Below are positions 48,607 through 62,600 of a stretch of DNA of 64,000 nt, piece after piece (positions within the stretch are counted from its first letter, which is position 1; every line of letters starts with the position of its first letter). The stretch is from contig JBHGNT010000007.1 in NCBI GenBank assembly GCA_043228905.1, positions 21,390,001-21,454,000 on the forward strand, in the 5' to 3' direction. A model generated the notes under the pieces. The model was not told the origin of the DNA, searched no databases, and was given only the letters and a program-made list of their open reading frames with translations. The DNA is from Azolla caroliniana (Eukaryota; Plantae; Polypodiophyta). Position numbers and translations under genes: made by a program.

Positions 48607-49354
48607 TGACGGGAACTAAAACGCTCCTTATGCGCAACGCTCGGCCACAACCGAGCTTAGAATCATACACAGAAAATGGGAAATAAAATGCACGAACCAA
48701 TGGAGAGAAGAGTACGCAGGATGTTTAACGTGGAAAACCTTGAGAGGGAAAAACCACGGCAGTCCACTGACTGCTAACTATCACTATGTCACGAATGTAC
48801 AAACAATGAGCTCACGGAGGCAACAACCTCACGCTCACGATCTTCGCCATAGGCGGCGGTTACAACAGAGGCAACGACCTCTTTCTCTCTCTCTCTCTCT
48901 CTCTGTACACAGTTACGCGCTCTATCTCCTTGCACCAACAAGAAAATGACAACAACTACAACCTAAAAGTTTGCCCTAAGTCATATTTATACTAATATGA
49001 CTTTTCGGCTATTTACAAATATAGCCTTGATGGACTCTCAGAAACATATTTACGAATATGTCTCTTCATCCGGTGAGCATTCCTCACCGGGTCTACACCA
49101 TCCGGCTCTCCGTAGCCGGGTACTCCTCATCCAGTCTTCACCGGGTCTGCACCATGCCGGCTCTCCGTAGCCGGGTACTCCTCATCCGGTCTTCACCGGG
49201 TCTGCACCATCCGGCTCTCCGTAGCCGGGTACTCCTCATCCGGTCTTCACCGGGTCTGCACCATCCAGCTCTCCGTAGCCGGGTACTCCTCATCCGGTTT
49301 CGGCCGAGGCATTGTTCTTCTCCCTTCCCATCCGGAGGGACCTATCTCCCAACA
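48607..49354 (-). mobile_element. Solo LTR of the E/I copia family inside the G integrase, with 58-bp tandem repeats
   Basis: TG..CCCAACA termini; TSD TTATT/TTATC; removing it restores HPTYPP; repeats at about 49085-49300. Confidence 0.9.
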
Positions 49355-50545
49355 TTATCCTCCAACCGTGCACTTCAAGTGGATGATTGACTTAGTTACG
49401 ATGCCGATGGGCGAAGGGCAAAAGCGATACCTAGTGCTGGCTAGAGAGGACCTAACCAACCAGGTAGAGGGACGAGCACTAACGAACAATACCACCGCGG
49501 CAGTATGTAAGTTTTTGATCGAGGATGTCATATGCTGATACGGGTGCGTGGGGAAAATCGTGGCTGATCGAGGAGAGCTAGACGCGGAAGAGGCCGAGGA
49601 ACTGTTCAATTGGTTAGGCGTAAAACTGTGCCTCACAACGTCGTACAACCCGGAGGCCAATGGAAAGATTGAACAGGGCCACGGTCCGATCGTAAAGGCC
49701 ATTGTATGCGCGTGCGAAGGTTGAGTCGGCAACTGGCCGAGGTTGCTCCCATATGCATTGTGGGCGGACAGGACCACCCACAGTCCGATGACAGGGTACA
49801 TACCGGTGGAACTAATGTACGGATAGAAACCCATCATGCCAGTTGAGAGAACGATCGCCTCGTGGATGGCAATAGATTGGTCTAGCGAAATGAGCAGAGA
49901 AGAGCTGCTAGCGGATATCGACGGGACGTGGATAACGACTCTGGTGGCTGGGAAGCGGATAAAATCCTTCAAGAGATGGAACAAAGCAGAACCGAACCCA
50001 AGAGCCGAAAGCGCCAGTTCAGGAGAGGATGACGAGTGACCGATGGCCCGGAATCCCTCACTAAATTTGCAATCCGGCACATACCGGAGGATGTGCGGTT
50101 TAGTGAGGATGGATGTCGTGAAGATTCTGGGCCATAAGCGGAAACAAGGTGAAACGCGTAGGGACACCGGTGTACACGAGTGCACACCTCGAGGGAATTA
50201 AATAGGACAAGTACTAGGCATGAGTATAAGGAGGGGTACTAGGTAGTTAGAGCATTAAAGAAGATATAGACATCACATAAGTAGGGAGAGTTACGAGGAG
50301 AGTAAATCAGGGGAGAGAATCTAGGACGAAAAGTGACGGGTCATGAATGCTTGTAACGGTCGACCTTTGTGTTACAAAAAGGGCGACCTTTGACTGTCTT
50401 CGGGATGCCATCTAGAGGAAAGGATATACAGAGAAGGACCGACGACTGATCGCGGAAGAAGGTGCTTCCCTTGTTCGCGTCAAATGCCCGAATGCTCCCG
50501 ACTTGGGGATCGACCTTCTGCACACCGACGTCTCTTTGTATTTGG

Positions 50546-51101
50546 GGTCGAAGCGCGGGGAGTCAAACAGGCCGAGGAGCGCGAGCGAGGCGTGGAGCCA
50601 GGAGGAACCAGAGCAGTGATCCGGATGATCCTTAAGAGCCTCAAGTTGATCTTGAGGGGGAGTGTTGAGAGACAAGCTCAACATCGGCCGGATCGGTTGA
50701 GTAAGCCGAGGACCAGATCGGTTAGGACTGATCGGTTAGGCCGGACCGATGCGTAAAACGGATACGCAGACTGGTGCGTAGGAAGGCCGTATCGGTGCAT
50801 AAACCGAAAGGCCGTTAGAGAGATATTCCTCGTAAGGAATAGTTTTGGGAGTAAGAGTTGAGGCTCATTTATGAGCATTCAAGTACTGTCAGTACTTGTG
50901 TCAGCCCATTGTCAGGGCTTGTATAAAAGGTGCTCACTGAGCACGATGTATGTACAGAGTGTTAGTTTTTTGAATTGATTTTTCCTGTGTGTGTTCTCTC
51001 TCTGTCTCTCCCATGCGTACTGTGCAAACCTAAGCTTTCCATTAAACTTGCATTTTCTGCTATTCGGTTTCCTATATTGCTTCCGCACGCCATTCTTTCC
51101 A
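50546..51101 (+). mobile_element. 3' remnant of a copia A-family element (tail, PPT, LTR 50663-51101)
   Basis: Aligns to about 15221-15724. Confidence 0.88.
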
Positions 51102-53640
51102 CTTCTGGTCCAGGACCTCGGTGGTCCTGCTTCATTTCGTGAACACGCGAAGATTTCCTCGACATCTATTTGGTGATCCCAACGTGAAGAAGCGGTAGGA
51201 AGGATCAAGGCGAGGATCGACCGATACTTAGAGATGGAATCCTCAAGGAATCAAGCAGGAGAGTTCGAAAGAATGATGATAATTTTCGAACAAATGATAT
51301 GAGATTTCGGGACAACGATGCAAGCGTGGAGAAGGTTGTCGATCGTGTAGTGGAGCTTGTGGGTCAATTTGAAGGAAGGAACATTACGAAGTTCCTTGAT
51401 GCATACAAAAGGGAGATGAATCAGAGGGACGTATCTGAAGCATGCTAAATCTCAAGTTTCAAGAGAGTTGTCGCCAACAACATCCAAAGGTGAGTCATCA
51501 AGCTTCAAGAAGGGAAGGCAACATGGTCCGAGTTCGAGAAAGCAATATTAGCAGAGTTCGTGACAGAAGATTTGTTGAGGATGACTTGACATGTCTTGAT
51601 GAAGTGGATAGAGTAGGAAAATAAGAAGATGAGAACCTCAAGGGTATATGACTAGTTCGACCAGATATTTAGTCTCCTCCCTACTACAGAGCAAGTGTTG
51701 CTTGAGGAGGACAAGACTTTGTACTTCTGGAAAGCTGTGGATATGAAGGATAGATGAGAATTGGGGACTCTCCTCGAAGATGATACCCAAGTGAACGGGC
51801 TTGTGGCAGACATGGCTACGGCGAAGAGAGCGTGCAACAAGATCGATAGGCGTCATCAATGGCTTGATGATATTGACTTGGTAAGGTCAAGCGTAGAAAA
51901 AACAAGACCATCTAAAGAAGTTGAGCTGCCTAAACAAAGAAACCTACATGAAAAGAAGATTGATGATGACTCAAGGACGGATAAGGCCACTTTCATGGAG
52001 GACAAATGTTTCGGAACACACATCGTGTTCAAAACATCGGATGTTGAAGGATCAAGAGAGATAAAGAGTGTGAGGTTGACATGATGGAGGATCTAGCCAC
52101 CAAAATCGGCATCAAGGAGGTGGCTATGAACAAGACAACAAGCGTCGACAACGACCACGACTAGATTTTCTCCGCACTTGTTCCAGAGACTTGGGCAGTT
52201 GCATCCAAGAACCAACATGAGACCCAAGAGACGGAAGGTGTCGGCGAGGAATCGAAGGTCGAATCTAATACATGCAACGAAGAGAGAGGCCTAATTGAAG
52301 CTTGCTCGAACAAGAGGTTCAATGGGTACGAGGCCCATGAGATTGAAGATGCCACGAGAAATGACATTGAGTTAGAGGTGGCTATGGATGAGTCAATGGC
52401 GGATGGCCGTGTCGAGGATTCCTTCACACATGTTTCGGAGACTTGGGCAATTGCAAAGAGCCAACGTGAGACCTAAGAGATGGAAGGTGGTAGTAAGGGG
52501 AAGGACCAAGACGGTGTGCATGACAAAGAGGCCAAGAAAAGCACGAAAAGGGATGACAATGGCAAAGTGGGCCATGTGGATCCGAAGGATGTGATCATGG
52601 GATTTATCATGGAGGACAATAGGTGCGAAGCCTATATGATTGACGACACAAACGGCAAGGTCAAGGAGGTGGGTGTGAACATCACAAAAAGTATAGACAA
52701 TGAACTCGGCGAGATTTTCTCCACACTTGTTCTAGAGACTTGAGTAGTTGCGTTCGAGGACCAACATAAGACCCAAGAGAAGGACCGAAGAGAAAGCAAG
52801 GGTCGAAGCTGATACATGCGACGAAGAAAGAAACATAATTAAGGATTTCTCAATCAAGAGGGTCAATGGGTACGAGGCCCATGAGTTTGAAGAGATAGCC
52901 ATGGAGAATGATGTCAAGGTGAAGATGGTGAATGGACATGAAGAGTCTTTCCTCACACCAATTCTAGAGACTTGGGCATTAACTGATGTAAGACCCAAGA
53001 GACGGAATGTGGCACTGAGAAAGCAAAGGTCGAAGCCGATGCGAACAACCTTAAGATGGAAATGGCTAAGGGTAGCACGAAAAAGGCAGACGATGAAAAC
53101 ATATGGATCCCTCCACACTTGTTTTAGAGACTTGTGCATTAACCGATGTAAGACCCAAGAGAAGGACGGTGGCGGCGAGAAAGCAGGGGTTGATGCTAAT
53201 GCATGTGTTGAAGAGGCCAAGCAAAGCACAACAATAAATGACGAGGGTCAAGTGGCCCAAGAAGATTTGAATGGTGTTCCTCAAGATATTGATGCAACAT
53301 TCAACTTGAAGGAGAACACTATCATTAAGATTGAGGAAGCGATGGACATTTCTAACATAAGAAGCTACCACAAAAGTGGACAAAGTGAGAAACATAGAGC
53401 ATGGTCGTGTAAGGATCTAAAAGTGGGCACACACTTGAAGGTACTACATGGGGTAGTCAATTTCATTATTCAGATAAAGGCTTGGGGAGAAAGACACAAA
53501 ACAAAAATGCGTGACGGGTCAAAGTGCCTTGAGCAAGATGGGACAAAGGTGGAACATGCATAAATTCTAAATGGTTATGCTCGGAAGGAGAACAAGGGGT
53601 CATGACAGCTTTCTCGCCAAAGGGTAAAAGCATGCGAGTG
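51102..53640 (+). mobile_element. Degenerate non-autonomous Trp-gypsy derivative 'H': LTR end, PBS, gag N-terminus, repetitive tail
   Basis: LTR end ..CCTCGACA at 51164; PBS-like TGGTGATCCCAACGTGA at 51171; FEGRNITKFLDAYKREM gag remnant; recurrent CACACTTGTTCTAGAGACTTGGGCA-like motif. The right boundary is approximate. Confidence 0.7.
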
Positions 53641-53914
53641 GAAACAATTAGCTATGCAAAATGCTACCATTGATAAATAGTCATTTTTACAAAAAGCTAC
53701 CATTGATAAATTAGCTATGCAAAAAATTACCATTGAAAATAGTAGAGAGTTTTAATTATATAAATGAGCACCATAAACATGCAACATAAATTGATATGTG
53801 CACCATAAATTACATACCGAATTCCTAGGTCCATTATGCATGAGCCTTTGCCACATCATGTGGGCCATCTCTGGTTGAGTATTCTGGCTTAGATTTCTAC
53901 CATGTTGTTAAACC

Positions 53915-54790
53915 CTATTGAGTCCACTCCTCCATTGCCACCATTCTACACTCAGTTACCGGCAATGTGTGGTCCAACTATCATCTGCCACAGTTCGATC
54001 CGACGGAGTTCACTCATCCATTGCCACCATTCTACACTCAATTGCCACCATTGTTCAATCCAAGCATCATCTGCCAAGTTCACTCCTCCATTGCCGCCAT
54101 TCTACACTTAGTTGCCACTACTGTGAAGGTCGTATATTGCTACCACTTTTCGATCCGACGGAGTTAACTCCTTCTCCACTACCACCATTCTACTCTCTGT
54201 TGCCGTCACTGTGCATTCCAAGCATCATCTGTCATTGTTCAATTTGACAGAGTTCACTCCTCCATTGTCATCATTCTACACTAAGTTGCCGCTACTATTC
54301 GGTCCTGGATTGCTGCCAGTTTTTGATTTGACGGAGTTCACTCATCCATTGCCATCATTCTACACTTAGTTGCCGCTACTGTTCGGTCGTGTATTGCTGC
54401 CACTTTTCGATCCGAGGGAGTTCACTCCTTCTCCACTACCGCCATTGTACTCTCAGTTGCCGTCACTGTGCGTTCCAAGCATCATTTGCCACTATTGGAT
54501 CTGACGGAGTTCACTCCTCCATTGCCATCATTCTACACTTAGTTGCCGCTACTGTTCGGTCCTGGATTGCTGCCACTTTTCGATTTGACGGAGTTCACTC
54601 ATCCATTGCCATCATTCTACACTCAGTTGCTGCTAGTGTTCGGTCTTGTATTGCTACCACTTTTCGATCCGAAGGAGTTCACTCCTTCTCCACTGCTACC
54701 ATTCTACTCTCAATTGTCATCACTCCTCCACTGCCGCCATTCTACACTCAGTTGCCGCCACTATTCGACCGTGAATTACCGCCACTGTTT
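53915..54790. repeat. Minisatellite array of roughly 60-70 bp units (GATCCGACGGAGTTCACTC..CCATTGCCACCATTCTACACTCAGTTGCC)
   Basis: More than 10 degenerate units are visible. Confidence 0.9.
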
Positions 54791-54989
54791 GATCTTGGAT
54801 TTGAATAACTATTCTGTCTATTGATTATCTTGTGTATTGTTGTGTATAATCTTGTGTATTACGGAATATTTTTGTGTATTGTTGTTGCCCATAGCCATCT
54901 TTAATACGTGACTTTTTTTCGGGAAAATTAGGGTTTAAACCCGTCAAGCCAAATGGAAGGGGAACGAAGGTGTTTAGAATTACCCCTCA

Positions 54990-55757
54990 ATGATCATCAG
55001 GATAGGGATGACGCTATCAGGACACAACAAGCGATATGAAAGTATTGGGCAGAGAAAAAAAAAAACATCGTCAATTGTTGAAGGATACAAAAGCCACACT
55101 AAAGGTAAAGATAGTATTGGTTGCGATATAGGTCTAAATATCACTGAGAATGGAAGTAATGAGACTACTATCATAGAGAGAAAAGTTATAGACTATTTCA
55201 ATGTTCAAACCAAGCACATTAGCAATGAAGACAAGAAGGTAGTACTTTATGGAATATTAAATGATCCATCAATAAAGGAGTTGGTTGAGTGTGATGGTCT
55301 TAATGCAAATATAACATCTGTACTAGTAAATAGTCTCCATAATAGTTTCATATCCATGAGCAAGTCAGAAGATGATCTTGTTTTAAAAAGGTCTAGTCTA
55401 ATGATGTTACTTAATAGTGATGTTGACGATATTAACATTAGTGTGCTATCTAAGGTAATTGGTGTTAGTAGAAAAAGTATGTACAATAAATTGAACCGGA
55501 TAGTTTCCTTGGGTGAAGGAACTAGTCTGCTAAAGCTAACAACAAGATGTAAGCCAATGACACCCATAACATCAGAAATCGAGGATATAATCACAATATT
55601 TTGGACTAATGAGAGTAGGGTGTCACCCAATAAGAAGGATTTATGCAGGAAATGTGTTGGAAGGAGTCAATACGAGGAGCATCCCATTCATCTTCTTGAT
55701 GTACCTCAAATATTTACATTTACCTCAACATTTGTTTTGACTTTTGAGCTTAGTTAG
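54990..55757 (+). pseudogene. Probable DNA-transposase N-terminal fragment (HTH-like segment plus FW..ESRVSPNKKD motif; tentatively Sola-like)
   Basis: AT-rich 255-aa ORF; ISVLSKVIGVSRKSMY looks like an HTH; no DDE core is present; repeat arrays flank it. Confidence 0.45.
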
Positions 55758-55759
55758 TT

Positions 55760-56427
55760 AGCTTATTAGCTACCTCCGAATATGACCATACCCGAATAGC
55801 TAATTACCTACCTCAGAATATGACCGTAGATAACTAGCTACCAATAATAGCTAATTAGCTCCTTAAGAATATCGATACCAGAATAGCTAATTAGCTACCA
55901 TTCATAGCTATTTAGCTACCACAATAGCAAATTAGCTGCTTATAACAATAGCTAATTAGTTGCTTATGACTATAGCTAATTAGCTACCAGAATTGCTAAT
56001 CCCCTACTAGAATAGCTACTATATTAAACTATGGTAGTAGCTAATTACCTACTCTACTAAACTATGGTAGTAGTTAATTAGCTACCATTTCGCTAATTAG
56101 CTATTGTATTAAACTATGGTGGTAGCTAATTAACTACCACTTAGCTAATTAGCTACTCAGCTAAAGTATGGTAGTAGCTAATTAGCTACCACTTAGCTAA
56201 TTAGCGACTCAGCTAATGTATGGTACTAGCTAATTAGCCACTATAACTAAAGTATGGTAGCAGCTAATTAGCTACCACTTAACTAATTAGCTATTGTACT
56301 AAATTATGGTAGTAGTTAATTAGCTACCACTTAGCGAATTAGCTACTCAACTAAAGTATGGCAGTATCTAATTAGCTACTCAGTTAAAGTATGGTAGTAG
56401 CTAATTAGCTAAGTGGTAGCTAATTAG
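55760..56427. repeat. Array of the palindrome TAGCTAATTAGCTA
   Basis: More than 20 exact or degenerate copies; a related motif occurs at 53647-53740. Confidence 0.92.
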
Positions 56428-59400
56428 TGTTGAGAATCAAGCTCAATTTGGTCTAGTGTGTGAACTCACCTTGAGAGTGAATAGACACTCCAACGGTCAA
56501 GAGTCACCATTAAGTCACCTCTTTGTATTCTAGCATTTAGTATGAGTCATAGAATCATATTCCATGACGCATAACTTATGAGCTTTCACATTCCCCATGC
56601 TCCATGAGTCTTGTAGTTAATGAAGAGAGAGGGTGACTATATAAAGCACCCTCCTCCCACCTTGTATTGAGTCGGGTCTTTCTCCTTTGTTAATATACTC
56701 TTACCTTGCGTATTCTCTGTGTCTTACTCTCACTCTCTCTCACTCTCTCATACACATAACTCACATCTCTTCCGCTTAACAAGAATCCATATCCGATTCT
56801 TTACATGGTATCAGAGCGATTTGGTAGCTCGATTTAGCCCATTCGCCGACAACCAAGAACCGGCTCATCACTGTCCTAGCTTCGCTACATAGCTCGCATT
56901 CGAAGAGAGAAGAAGAAGAAGAAGAAGAATCGAGATAATGAATACTCAAATGGGGAGCGCTCTCCCTACCGAGAAGTTGGATCGAAACAACTTCACATCT
57001 TGGGAGTACAAGATGCACCAATACCTTGTCGGACAAGGCTATTGGAGCTACATCAAAGGAGCGCATGAAGACCGACCTGCCGAAGCGGCTCCCGGATACA
57101 CGACATGGGAGCAAGCCGCAAGCCGCGTGATGTATTGCTTGGCAACATGTGTTCACGATCACATGCTCGGCTACATTCACAAAGCCAAGACACCGAAGGA
57201 GGCATGGGAAAATCTACGAAAGATTTTCGCGGCGAACACAACCGCAAGAAGGCTTCAACTCTGCCAAGAGTTGAACAACATTCAACAAAGGGACATGTCC
57301 AGCACGACATACACCTCGAAGATCAAGGAGCTTTGCGATTCGCTCGGCTCAATAAGCATAAATATCGATGATGATGAGATGGTTCAAATATGCCTCGGCG
57401 CCCTCGCACCACGGTTCGGCACGATGCAAACCGCCGTTCTAGCCCAGGAGAAATCTCCCTCCTTCTTCAAGCTCCAATCAATGCTATTGGTCAAAGAAAA
57501 TCATGTGCATACAAGGACTAATGAGTCGGAAGGCCACATGCTCTACATGCACTCGAATGGAGGAAGAGGACGTGGACGGTTGAGAGGCCAATTCGGCCAA
57601 GGACAAGGCGGACGAGGTTCAACCTACGATAACAACTCCCAATTTCGGCCGCAAAACGGAAGCCAATGAGGAACCTTCGCAAGAAGGGGGAGCTTCCAGT
57701 CCGGCCCGAGCCGTCAAAACGCAACCGAATGCGGATATTGCAAAAAGCTCGGCCACCACGAAGAAGAGTGCCGAAGGAAGATGCGTGAATCGGCTTCCAC
57801 AAGCCGACAACTCACAAATTACACGCACAATTCCGACTACGAAGAGTATAGCGGAATGTACGGGAACAACTCTGACTATGAAGATCGTGGCGAAATGTAT
57901 GCACGCAACTCCGACCGTGTCGGAATGTTCATGATGAAACATAGAGCAAACTCTATGTCGGCGTCTACCTCAACTCGTGCCCTCAATCCGGAGGACGTAT
58001 GGTTTGTTGACTCCGGAGCCTCAAACCATATGACATCCCACAAAGAATGGTTTCTCGAACTTCGAGAGCCTGAGTGACCCGGTTATGACACTACGCACCT
58101 GATTCGGCACATCGACAATGTTCCGTTTGGTGAAAGAGGTAAGCAAACATACATTAAAAATGTCTTGCATGTTCCCACCATCACGAAGAACTTGGTCTCG
58201 GTCGGCCAAATGGTTGAGCAAGGGATGCAAGTACGATTCGACCAAGAAGGGTGCTTCATCGAAAAAGAAGGCCAAATCATCGCACGCGGAAGAAGAGAGG
58301 GCCAGATCTTCATTCTCGATTCACGCGAGATGAAATCCGCCATGTTCGCAAAAAGCACGAAAGCCGACTCCGACAAAGAGCTATGGCACAAACGAATCGG
58401 CCACATCAATCTTAACAAACTCAAAGCAATGAAATCGAAAGAAGTCATCATTGGACTCCCGACATTCAAAGAGAAGGAGATTGAAGGTGTATGCGAAGCA
58501 TGCCAATTTGGCAAGCAACACCGACACCCATTCCCGAAAGAGCGGAACGTGAGCAAAGGTTTACTCAACGTAGTCCATTCCGATGTATGGGGACCGGCAC
58601 AGACAGCTACATTCGGCGGATGCCGATATTACATGCTCTTCATCGACGACTTCTCTAGGCACACTTGGATCTACCCGATACGGCAAAAGAGCGAAGTGTT
58701 CGGACACTTCCAAACACTCAAGAATGAAGTCGAGAAAGCCATGGGCCGACATGTATGTTGTCTTTGATCGGATGGCGGCAAGGAGTACTTCTCAGACAAT
58801 TTCACGGCGTATCTCCAAAAGGAAGGAATTCGGCGAGAATTCACTTGCCGACACACTCCGCAACAAAACGGAGTAGCCGAGCGCAAAAATCGGCACATCC
58901 TCGAAGTAACACAGGCCATGATGAATGAGAAGCATATGCCCAAGTCTTATTGGGCCGAAGTTGCCAATACGACCGTCTACCTAATGAACCGGTGCACAAC
59001 ATCCGGTGTGCACGAGGTCACTCCGCACGAAAAATACTTCGGAAAGAAGCCGTACTTATCGCACATCCGCATATTCGGTACGATAGCGTACGTGCACATC
59101 CCCGACGAGAAGCGTCCAAAGCTTGATCCGAAGTCGGAGAAATGTATCCTCGTAGGATACTCATTGGAGCAAAAGGGGTACAAGTGCTACAACCCCTCAA
59201 CTCGAAAATCTCGCGTGAGTCGAGACATCGTTTTCGACGAGTCCACATCCTGGTACGCACCAGAGACAACTCCGACTCCAACTCTGCTCGACCCGCAATC
59301 CACCGAACAAGAGATAGAGGATGAAGATCGCCTTACGCGCATGTTCAAAGAAAATCCGATCACTTTGAGGGATCAAAGCACATCACGGCCTAGCCCGATG

Positions 59401-59673
59401 ATGGAGAAAGGCAAGGCGAAAATGGCAGAATACGTAGACGATCACGTCGATGACGATGAGTCGACTCACTCACTCGACAGTGAGTTCAGCGGTTTCGAGG
59501 TACCAATCAGAGCTAAGAAAGCCCTCATCTCTACAAACGAGAAGCTCCGCCGATCCACCCGTGAAAAGAATCTGGTCAACTGATTCGGCTACAATAATTA
59601 TATGGCGTACCATTACGCCTTTATGATGAAGGTAGCAACAGTACGGGAGCCAAAAACATTCTCCGAAACAGCT
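56428..59673 (+). mobile_element. Copia 'J' (A/D family), 5' half: LTR 56428-56805, PBS, gag-PR-IN, truncated before RT
   Basis: TGTTG..TTACA; TGGTATCAGAGC at 56806; gag from 56938; WFVDSGASNH; HSDVWGP. Confidence 0.92.
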
Positions 59674-62600
59674 ATGGCTTCGATTAGTGCCTCTATGATC
59701 TCGTACGCTTCCCGCACCAAGGCTTCGATGTCGAGGTCCTCCGAACCGATTTGCGTTGAGCTTTCTTCCGGCGGTAGTGCGTAGTCGGTCGCCGCTCTCT
59801 CTTCTCAGCCGCTCGCGGGCTGCGTTGTGGCCGACCGCCTCTCATCACATTGTATGCACGCCCATTTTACCTCGTTCCAATCTTCGGTGAGGCCGTACGC
59901 CCCTTCATCGTCTTCGAGGTAGGGAAAAATGGCCATTCTCCCCCTTTCGTTGACCGACTTCAAGAATAGTGGGACCTTGTCCGCCCCCACCGATTCTTGA
60001 TCCCGGACCGAAAGTTGGGAAAACCGGAGATCGAACTCCCAGAATGCCTTCATTGCGCTTCGAGGAGCCTTTGCCGATGACACCCATAGATCGAACTCGC
60101 GTCTATCGTACTTGTACACCTCTTCCCGTCTTTCTCTCCTTCTTGCGTAATCCCTTGCCATTCTTGTAATTACTTCCGTGATGTCTCCGTCTTCCATCTC
60201 CTTCCTCCCCTTCCGCCTCTTCACGTCGGGTTAACCAAATATGTCACGTTGCTACGCGCGTGTGTGGAGAAGGGCGGGACCACGGGGGTCTTGGACTAAG
60301 GAGTAAAGGAGAAGGAATCAGACATGGAATGGAAGCTTTGCTCAAGAAGAAGAAGAATGAACAAGAGATTAGATCGAACAAGAGGAAGATGGAGAGAAGA
60401 TGATCAACAAGATATATTAAAACGGAATGAACGATTACAAAATGGTGGCCGCATAGGCCGCACCAAACGACTACTCGAAACCCTAACTGAGGAAGATGAA
60501 GATAAAGATAAAGAAACCCTAACCCTAACCCTAACCCTAACGCTCGACCTATGTGGTATACCTCGCACACTCAAAATAGGCAATCCCCACAATGGTGCCT
60601 TCCCTCTCATTTTATAGCACAAGGAGGGAAGACCGTTTACAAAAGTGAGACTAAAATATCCCCTTTCATTCAAAGGGGATATTTGCCTTGATTTGGGGAG
60701 GGTGAGATTGATGGCCCCTTAACTCCCACCTCCACACAAACAACTAGGTACCTATGTACCGCATAGTACCTCTCTCTCTCTCGCGCGTGAATGTGCGCAC
60801 AAGACTACATCACCTTTAGACCTTAGGGATCCTATGGGGCATTTCTAGCACCATACACTTTACCCCTTATTACTATTACAAATACATTATGTACGTGTGC
60901 AACGTTGCACATCGCTCTTTGGCTCTCGTTGCTCGGGTTTCCGCTTGTGGACGAAAATCTTCACGACATCCGTCCCCACCTAACCGCACATCCACCGGTA
61001 TGTGCCATAACATAGGGGAGAGAACACGAGATTTTCGGCCACGACGACCGACTGAGTCCTTAGCGTCCTCGTGGGCCCGCCCGGTTATTTCTTCCACTTC
61101 GATCAAGACCACCCCCTCCACACGAACCACTGCCGCCTTCCGGTCCACCATCCTCGCCGAATGGTCTCTAACCGTCGGCGCCATCCGATCCACCACACTC
61201 GATGATGTTCGCCAAGTCGTTGCCTCCACCCGATCCACCACACTCGACGATGTTCGCCGAGTCGTTGCCTCCACCCGATCCGCCACGTCCACCGTGGGTC
61301 CTCCAACCACCGACTACATCCGACCCGCCATATCCGATGCCCGTTCTTTCCTCCCCGTTTGGTCCTCCTGAACGCCGTCGCCGACCCGGTTGCTCTTCCT
61401 TTGTCCGCCTCGTATATCCTCCGGATGCGCTCCCGGTCGCATGCCGGATTCCGCCCTTTGCGTGGCACGCACCTCGGCGTGCCGACTCTCTCCGCTCCGC
61501 GCTTGCCTTCCGTAGGCTTCCCCCATATGTCGATGCTCTCCTCCAAATGCGTGCTCGTGCTTCAGTCCTTCGATGACCCCATCACGCGCTTTTCGCTTTC
61601 TCCTTGTGCGCCGTGCTCTCTCGCGGTAGAGCGTGCCATCACCCCGTCCTTCTTCGCGGCTCTCGTTACCGCTTCGCCTCGACCCGTGCCCTCTTGGCCC
61701 GATTGGCCTCGCATGTCCTTCGGGACACCGCGTTTTCTCTTCCCGGCGCGTAGCCCTCCGATCTCCACACACCTCCTCCGTTTTCCTAGATACGAATCTC
61801 TGCTCAAGCCGATCGCGCTCGGCCCATGTCGTCGATCTTGGTGTTTCTCCGCGCCGTCCTTTGTCCCACGCTTGCCTCTCGAAGGCTTGACCCGACCGTC
61901 ATCGTCGGTCAATCGTTGTCGCCCATCCGCCGCATGCATGCTTGTGTCTTGGCCCTCCACCGGCCGTATTGCATGCGTCTCATGTCGCGCTTCCGCCCTA
62001 GACCCGACCTCCGCGTCGGTCTCCAACTCCTCGCCGCCACCCACCGTTTCTTCGTTCTTCTTTCGATCCGCGACCGCCGATGCCTCACGGGTAGGTGTGG
62101 AGGGTTCCTCCCACTCTCGATCCACCACCGAGTCCTCGCCTCTCAAAGGCTCAATCGGTCCACCGTTTCCGGTCACTCGTTGACGCTCCCCCGAGTGCAT
62201 GCTTGTTCCTTGACCCTCCGTCGGCCGTAGTGCATGCTTCACTTCACGCTCATCCGTCGTAGACCCGACCTCCGCGTTTGTCTCTTCGTCCTTCCCACAC
62301 CGGGCATCCGCTCCGGTACCCGATTCCACATTGTCTTCCAACTCCTCGCTGCCACCCGCCATCTCTTCGGTCTTCCGTTGATCCGCAACCGCCGAAGTCT
62401 CAAGCATAGATGTGGAGTGCTCCTCTTGCTCTCGGCCTCTCACCGACCCGTACTCGTCGTGCTCGGCTACGAATCGATCAAGCAATCCCGGTCTTGCCGG
62501 CTTCCTTCGGTTCCGCCTCCCGGTCGGGTCGGATTACCGACCGGCTCATCTTTCGGTCGGGTCGGTTCCCGACTCTCTCCTCAATGCCGCTCCAGACCTC

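Larger units (their letters stand above)
43252..50545 (+). mobile_element. Trp-primed gypsy element 'G' (B family), degenerate, 3' LTR truncated
   Basis: 5' LTR 43252-43991; PBS-like TGGTGAACTAGACGTGA 43996-44012; gag-PR 44038-46122; pol to about 50039; partial 3' LTR 50114-50545; left flank ACGT. Confidence 0.92.
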
